Assembly (NCBI RefSeq): GCF_964188315.1
Contig: NC_135673.1
Location: forward strand, 20,088,001-20,152,000
Source of the DNA: Podarcis muralis
Lineage: Eukaryota
Direction: 5' to 3'
Length of the DNA: 64,000 bases
The notes below the pieces were generated by a model that worked only from the letters and a program-made list of their open reading frames with translations, was not told the DNA's origin and did no database searches. A program made the translations under genes and the position numbers. This document shows, piece after piece, positions 57,225 through 64,000 of the stretch (within the stretch, counting starts at the first letter, position 1; each line of letters begins with the position of its first letter).

Positions 57225-60200
57225 ACATAAGCAAAATTATTGTGCCCAGTTTTAACATGTGCTATCCTGAGAGCTCTTAGAAATGCTTTGGTGATCTATC
57301 ATATCCTTGGACAACAACTAAGAAGTGGACAGGAACTGAATGTTATCCAGATCTTTGGACCCAACGGGCACATGAACAGATTAAAAGAGACTTCCATTAA
57401 TGTTGGATGGGTGGACGAGGTAAGGGATGTTGCAAATTAACATCCTCAGGGAGAAAAACCTCTAAAAAGTCTTGGGGGGGGGGTAGTAGCAGCTGCAGCA
57501 GCAGTTCCCAAGATCTGACCATCTCACTCCAAAGGGGAAGAAGACATAAAAGATCCACCAACCTGAAAGTTTCCCAATTTGTGGCCTATCCCTTTCAGCC
57601 AATGCTGCATCATGACTGACATCTTATAAGGCTACCTACCCATGAGGCTGCTTGTTCTCCAATTACGAGAGACTAATTTACAACACAAGTGTGAGAAAGC
57701 ACAGTTAAGGTGGCAAGAAACCAGTGATTTCTTTTGCAGAATGTCTCATCCTAGCAAGCTCTTCTCATTCCTGTTGTTCCTTCACCATTGCTCTGCACTT
57801 GTCTGGAACAGAATAGGTGCCCCACCCCCTGGTGTCCAACAGGGGTACTCATTGTTAGGTACTCATTGTTAGGGGTATTATTCCTGATCCTCTGCAAGGG
57901 ACAAAGTTGTGTTGATGGTCTTCTTTACAGTCATCTGCTGGAATTTTGCAGATAGGAAGTGGAAGGAAAAGTGCCGTCAATCATTAACAAAACTGTTGGA
58001 ATCACACTTCTGTTTACAGCAGCTGATGCCTTACAGTAAACCTCCCTAGGTCTAAATGAACTCACAAACAGTTCCTAAACAAACAAGGGTCAAGGCAGCC
58101 CTCAGGTGATGAAAGCCAGCTCCCCTTTTGCTTCTGAAAGTGCATTGCAATAAATAAACAAATCAGTAGATAGGACACTGAAACATCCAGGGTTTGGGGT
58201 GCAGCGGACAGGTCAGAATCCCCAACATTTAGATAGGAGGTGGTTATTTTGGCCCAAGGCTGTCTATTTGATGTGCTGGTCCTTAGTGACAAAGTGTAAT
58301 CTCTCCTTACTATGTTCCATCTCCTCTCTAACAGCCAACAACAAGGGTTTCTGAAAAACAAACTAGAAAAAGTAGACGTACTCAGGAAGGGGTAGGTTAT
58401 TATGGGCTGTAATATGAAGTGCCAGGTGCCAAAGTGGAGTGGAAATGGCGGGGAAGGTGCCACTAAGCAATGTTCCTGCAACTCCTGCTGGCCAAGCTAG
58501 TGAGGCTTAATTGACCTCTGGAGATCATGCAAGCAAAGTGTCTGTGTTTACTTGTTTTACTGAGATGCATTAATGCATATTGTTGTATCGATTATATGCA
58601 AGTCACACAGCATCTTAATTATGGAGTCCATAATCTGGAAAATAACTGAATCAGATCATGCTCCAGTTAGGGATTGCTCAACCCCCAACTTCTAAGTATT
58701 CCTTGGTTGCTTTCCAAAGTTGGTTTGAGCTCTCTCTTTATTACACACACACACGGGGGGTGGGGGGCACTGCTAGAGGAACAAGTTTTCTGCTTAAGAT
58801 TTATAGGTTAAGGTTCTTCTATTGTAAATATTCTTATTTTTTATTAGAGTAATTCAACCCCCTCACCCTTCTCTTCTTTGTGGAACTAATGGAACTCCAC
58901 AGTCATCAATAAATGACTTTCAGTTTTGCTCACAACTACCTTGACTCTATGTTTTCTCCTTTGTCCTTTCAAATTTTGTCCTGGGACAATTTTACCTTTA
59001 AAACAAAATCCTGGCATTTGTCAGACAACAGGATGCAAAATGTCATTCAGCTGATGCAACGCCAGGGACATCCCAAGGATACCGAAGGACAGTTGCATCA
59101 GCATCTGGACTTTGATAGGTCAAGTCACCCTTTTCTCAGGGGCAGTTGTGTCATGGATCCCTGACATGTGCCAGGATGTCAGGCCCTGGGGAAGGGTGGG
59201 GGGACCCAAATGGAGCTTTTCTGTTCTTTTTCAACTTATTTGCTCACCCACCTATCCAAAGCATGAGCAAAATTGCCTTTGCTGCTCTAAGGTACTAGTA
59301 TACTGATAGCATATAGATTCACTGTCTTGACACACTGTCTGCTTTCCTAGCTTGGTTATTTTCTGCTAGGGATTTATTTCATAAAATTCATTCACCACTC
59401 CATTGCAAAAAAAACACACCAAAAAAACCTTCAAAGCAGATTACAAAAAGAATAAAACAACAAAATTATCAGTAAAAATAGTTAAAAGCAACTATTTAAA
59501 ACATTCAGAAAATAATTAAAATAAATGATAAGCTAAAAATTGGATCATAACACTTGTCAACATTCTACAGATCTGGGCAGGTTAGCCTAAACAGAAATGG
59601 AAAGTGGACAGTGGAGGTATCTGCCTGATGACAATAGGCAGGGAGTTCAAAAGTTGTAGGTGCTGCTGTGCAAAACTATCACTTTTTTACAAGTGCATAT
59701 TGAGTATTATGTGGCACTCGTAAAAGTGTATTGCTAGAGGAATCTTCCTGTGTGGAAGCCGTGCCTGTCCATTGCATATATCAATAGCTAGCAGGTAAGG
59801 ACTGTGGTGCAGCCCCCAGTGGCCCCTGTCTCCTCATGTGCCACGGAGAGGCTACACCACTGGCCTCATGCCCCCGTGGAGTGTACGGAGCTGGACCTGC
59901 AGAACCTCTCCACCCAGGCTGACATCCTGGCCACCATAAGAGAAGAGAATCACCATGGGGAAGGGGCTGCTCAGGCAGGGAGTGGAAGTGGGCTGGAGCT
60001 GAACCCTACAACTCCTGAATGTCCTGCCTGCCGAGAAGCAGAGGCTTGGCTCTCTCCTCAATCTTTTTCATCCTTCCAAAACCTTACAGTTGAAAGCAGG
60101 GAGCAGCCGGTTAGTCACCCAACTTTCTCTGCTCTTGAGCAAAAAACTATAGAAGGGAAAATAAGGGGCTGCCCTTTTTTATTATTAATATTATTCTGGC

Positions 60201-60301
60201 TGTTTTGATGTGCAGATTTCTATAGGCCACTTGACTGTAAAAAAGCGAAATTGTTTACGAAAAGAGTAAAAGAGGGATTACAGGTAAATACAGTTTAAAA
60301 A

Positions 60302-60646
60302 AGGGACGCGGGTGGCGCTGTGGTCTAAACCACTGAGCCTCTTGAGCTTGCCAATCAGAAGGTCGGCGGTTCGAATCCCCGTGATGGGGTGAGCTCCCAT
60401 TGCTCAGTGCCTGCTCCTGCACACCTAGCAGTTCGAAAGCACATCAAAGTGAAAGTAGATAAATAGGTACCGCTTCAGTGGGAAGATAAATGGCGTTTCC
60501 GTGCACTGCTCTGGTTCGCCAGAAGCGGCTTAGTCCTGCTGGCCACAAGCTGTACGCCGGCTCCCTTGGCCAATAAAGCGAGATGAGTGACGCAACCCCA
60601 GAGTCGGCCACAACTGGACCTAATGGTCAGGGGTCCCTTTACCTTT
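60302..60646 (+). mobile_element. Sauria SINE
   Basis: gggacgcgggtggcgctgtgg..ggttcgaatcc..ggtcaggggtccctttaccttt; no clear TSD. Confidence 0.9.
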
Positions 60647-60919
60647 ATAGATCTGAAATTGTTGTTTATGGTGAACATTTTTCTATTTTCTAAATTTCTA
60701 TTTTTAACTTCTTTTCTTTTTTTCCTTTCTTCCTCTTCTTTTTGAATATTGCTTTATAGATGTACAGTATAAATAATTCTACTCATGTGCATATGTATGA
60801 AATTTGTTTCTTTATTTCTTTTCTTATTTGATTTTTTTTGTATTCAATAAAAATTTAATAATAATACAGTAATAAAATAATAAAGAACCAAGCGAGCTTA
60901 TCCTTCCAGTGTGTGCACG

Positions 60920-61800
60920 GTAAACCACGCCCCTCGGGAAGCTCAATTAGCATAGCGGCTTGGGCAACAGCCAATGGGAGAGCGGCTTCTCTTATCTCGC
61001 CTCTTCGCCTTCCATTGATTGGTCGGTAAGCCCCACCCCTCGGGAAGCGCAGTCCGTATAGAGGCTCAGCCGTCAGCCAATGGGAGAGCAGTTTCTCTCT
61101 ATTTGTCTCCGCCGCGGGATGCAGCAGTCCAGAGATATATCTTTCGCTGCTGTTCAGGTAAACGTTCAGTCTGACAGGTGTGCGCCTGGGGAGCTGCGCC
61201 GCACCACCTTCAGTCTCTGCCTTGGAGTTGGTTCGGTTTGACTCCGAGGGCTGACTCGCTCCTCCTGCGTGTCCCCAGGTAATCGGGTCCGGAGGACGCC
61301 CGCGGGTTTACAGAACGTGTGCACGGTGCTCTGGCTGAGGCCCCGTCGGGCGCGTCTAGGCATATCGCCACAGCCTGCCTGCCTGTCTTCGCGTGGAAAG
61401 GAGGGACGGGAGTTTTTGGCTTTCCCGGTTTCTAAACGGGGAAAACAAGCCGAAGAAGTATGGGGAGGGAGCGGAGTGGCGGGCAGGCAGGAATTGCTTT
61501 CATAGAATCATAGAAATGAACAGTTCGAAGGGACCCAAAGACCAAATAGACAACCCCGTGCAATGCAGGAAAGAAAAAAGGGACGGAGAAAGGAGCCTTC
61601 TCGACCTCCCTCACTTTTTAAGAAATGTATCCCGCCCCCGCCTCCTAAAGCTGGGAGCCCGGCCAGGCTTCTTCGGGAATCGAGCCCTGAGCTACAGGCT
61701 TGGAGGGCAGCCAGGCGAAGGGGAGATGAAGCGGGTCCACGTGGACTCCTAGAGGCTGGGCTGCTGGGCAAGCCCGGGCTTGCAGCGTTGAGTCGGTGGG
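60920..61800 (+). promoter_or_regulatory. CpG island and CCAAT-rich promoter of an unidentified gene
   Basis: High CpG density. CCAAT at about 60971 and 61077, an inverted ATTGG at about 61018, a 106-bp duplicated module, and a donor cag|gtaaac at 61157/61158. Confidence 0.7.
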
Positions 61801-62795
61801 GGAGAGGGTCTTAATCTTTCATTCCAGAGAACTTATTGGCTTTCTGGCTCTCTGAACCCGACAGGTCGGATCCTGGAATGACAGATGGTGCGGTTTAGTT
61901 GACAACAAAAGCGCTCACCACGAATTTGGAAGCCACGGAAGCAGAGCCAAGAACTGTTTTTTTGTTTTTTGTTTTTGTGATTGCAAGTTTTAAAAAACTG
62001 TTTTAAATATTTTTTAAAACGTAACTTTTATTGACGTTTTAAAATTATTAGAAAAGGAAAATAGAGAGATGATACCAGAAAAAACATGATGCAGCATCAA
62101 GGTTTTTTACTAGACCCTTTGGAAACTTAAAGTTTATGGAATCCCCCCCCCCCAAAAATTAAGCTGTCTGCCAAACACTTTGAGTACGAATATTCCAAAT
62201 TAATACTGCATTTTCCTGTTGTGACCTACCCTGGGACCTAGGGTGAAGGATGGATAATAAATTAGTAATAAGAACAACATGTCACAGGAACAGTATGAGA
62301 TAAATCCTCAAGGCCATGATTGTGATACTATATCATGCACTGTAGATTGATAGCTAGATTGGTAGTGACTGAGAACTAAACAATTTTTTCCTCATCTGCA
62401 GTAATACGCGTGGTTTTATTTAAACTGCGACCTTCATCTAAATTTAAAAAATGCAACCAATGCATGCTTTGCTCCTTCCTGGCTTGCTAACTAATTTTTT
62501 TAAAAATGTATTTCTATTAAAGAGTTATTGGTTTACAAAAGTATGTGCAACGTCTTTTTTCAAGTTACATTTTTTACAGATCAGTTTCATTTGTTGAGAC
62601 TTGCTAACTAAAATTTGAGCAGGGATTAAGAATGGCACAGCTATTTGTGATGCTGAAAGTTGTTTGTCACAACAAAGTTGCTTTGTATCTCAGGGTGCAA
62701 GAGACTTTTTTTTTGGGGGGGGGAATCACCCTGTCTGGGAAAAACCTTAATTCTTAATTCTCCCCTCACTCTTTCCCCTTTTTGTTCTTTCATAG

Positions 62796-62919
62796 TTTAG
62801 ATCCTAAGGAACGAAGTTCACAAGGGCGCCTGGCCAGCTACATTTCTGACTGAGGAACTGCTGCGTTGGAGATGAAGAAGGAAGTGTGGCTGATGCTTAT
62901 GGTGGCGTTTGTTACCAAT
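62796..62919 (+). CDS. Candidate exon 2 of the unidentified gene; ATG 62872 encodes MKKEVWLMLMVAFVTN (signal-peptide-like)
   Basis: Long polypyrimidine tract, then catag|, a purine at -3 of the ATG, a hydrophobic 16-mer and the donor AAT|gtagga. No downstream exon is visible. Confidence 0.35.
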
Positions 62920-63801
62920 GTAGGAATCTTCTCCATTTTAATGGCTCCATTGCATAAAACTCTCTTGTGCTGTCAAGCTGAGGGGAGGGCAAGTGTTGGG
63001 GTATTTTAATAAAAATATCTAAATCTTCATTATGGGAGTTACAGAGCACAGCCTCTAATGATTGGAGAAATTCATAAGAGCTAAAGCTATCAGTGGGCTA
63101 GAATATTGTTTCAGAGGTGATAAGCTCCTGAAAAGCCAAAATAAGGTTGTGGTGCTATAATCTCCCCCCCCCCCAAAAAAAAAAAAAAAACCACACCTGG
63201 GAATAAGTCCCATTTAAACACAGTGGAACTCACTTCTGAATGGACATGCATTGGATTGCACTGCAAATGTATTAAAAATTTACTAGGAGGACGATGGGGA
63301 TGAGTACTTTTATATCCCATATTTTCCTCCTAAGGAGCTCAAGGAGGAGTACATGATACTCCCTGTTCCCTCATTTATTCCTCTTATCCCAAGCCTTTGG
63401 TTTGTTATCATGCCATGTATTTTTGTGTTTTTAAACATTAAACCACTCTGTGATCCTCTAATGGAGAGCAGTATATAAATTTCATATCCTTACAACAGCC
63501 CTGCAATGTAGGTTAGGCTCAGAGGCAGTGTCAACCCAGGGTGTGGCAGCCATGGAAAAGGGAAACATCATTACAAAAGGCCATGCAAAAAAGAAAACTT
63601 CCAGTATTACAAATCTTATACAAATATACTGTGGGATCACATTTGAAATGCTCCATACAGTGCCAGTTGCCTCACCTAAAAAGGATGTGGTAGAGATGGT
63701 TCAAAAAAAGGGCAACCAAAATGTTCAAGGGGATGGAGCGACTCCCCTAGGAGGAAAGGTTGCTATGTTGGGGACCTTTCAGTTTGGAGAAAAGGCAAGT
63801 G

Positions 63802-64000
63802 CAGTGGTACCTCTGGATGCGAACAGGATCCGTTCCGGAGCCCCGTTCACATCCTGAAATAAACGCAACCCGCTTCCATGCGTCTGCAGGTCGTGATTTG
63901 CCGCTTCCACACATGCGTGTGATGTCATTTTGAGCATCTGCACATGTGCGAGTGGCGAAACCCGGAAGTAACGCACTCCATTACTTCCGGGTCGCCGTGG
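63802..64000. mobile_element. Tigger-like MITE (left end; truncated by the window)
   Basis: Starts cagtggtacctc, the same TIR as the 242-bp family, but with a different CpG-rich body. Confidence 0.65.

Noticed and set aside
57844-57875. 15-bp tandem duplication ggtactcattgttag
   Set aside because: Real, but only two short units in presumed UTR; ordinary slippage.
6946-60646. Recurrent ~350-bp repeats and their ORFs (MWIRTW.., 6996-7325, 28308-28748) as a gene family or CRISPR-like array
   Set aside because: These are dispersed Sauria SINEs with TSDs; there is no regular repeat-spacer structure.
1-64000. Prokaryotic, phage or endogenous viral system (CRISPR, retron, toxin-antitoxin, ERV internal genes)
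   Set aside because: All long ORFs are explained by spliced vertebrate genes or non-LTR retroelements. No gag/pol/env, integrase or Cas motifs were seen.

Overview
This is vertebrate, repeat-rich genomic DNA, not prokaryotic. Sauria SINEs, BovB, and squamate-type CR1/L2/L1 and MITE families point to a squamate, probably a lacertid lizard (inference). The genes are homologous to human Xq12-q13. From left to right: (1) P2RY4-like nucleotide GPCR, single coding exon (+, 4586-5641). (2) A complete 8-exon DGAT2-family acyltransferase (-, 33111-10919, 361 aa; DGAT2L6/AWAT1 syntenic position), reconstructed exon by exon with GT-AG sites. (3) A complete 7-exon YIPF6 (+, 38094-46716, 235 aa) with a CpG-island promoter. 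(4) A C2orf78/DUF4629-like gene with a ~1.8 kb terminal exon (+) and a candidate RFX/CRE promoter. (5) A CCAAT-rich CpG promoter and first exons of an unidentified gene that runs off the right end. A possible photoreceptor-type (ARR3) promoter and first exon lies near 1.5-1.8 kb. The most notable mobile element is a full-length BovB (RTE) LINE with a perfect 11-bp TSD, one stop codon away from an intact EN-RT ORF. It is nested in a hAT MITE, which sits in a CR1 fragment inside DGAT2-like intron 6. The supplied ORF track uses TTG/GTG/CTG starts and ignores splicing, so most of its short ORFs are not genes. I found no rRNA, true tRNA or CRISPR array, and no clear evidence of a wholly new biological system. 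The best leads are the near-intact BovB, the DUF4629-like gene and the DGAT2 paralogue.
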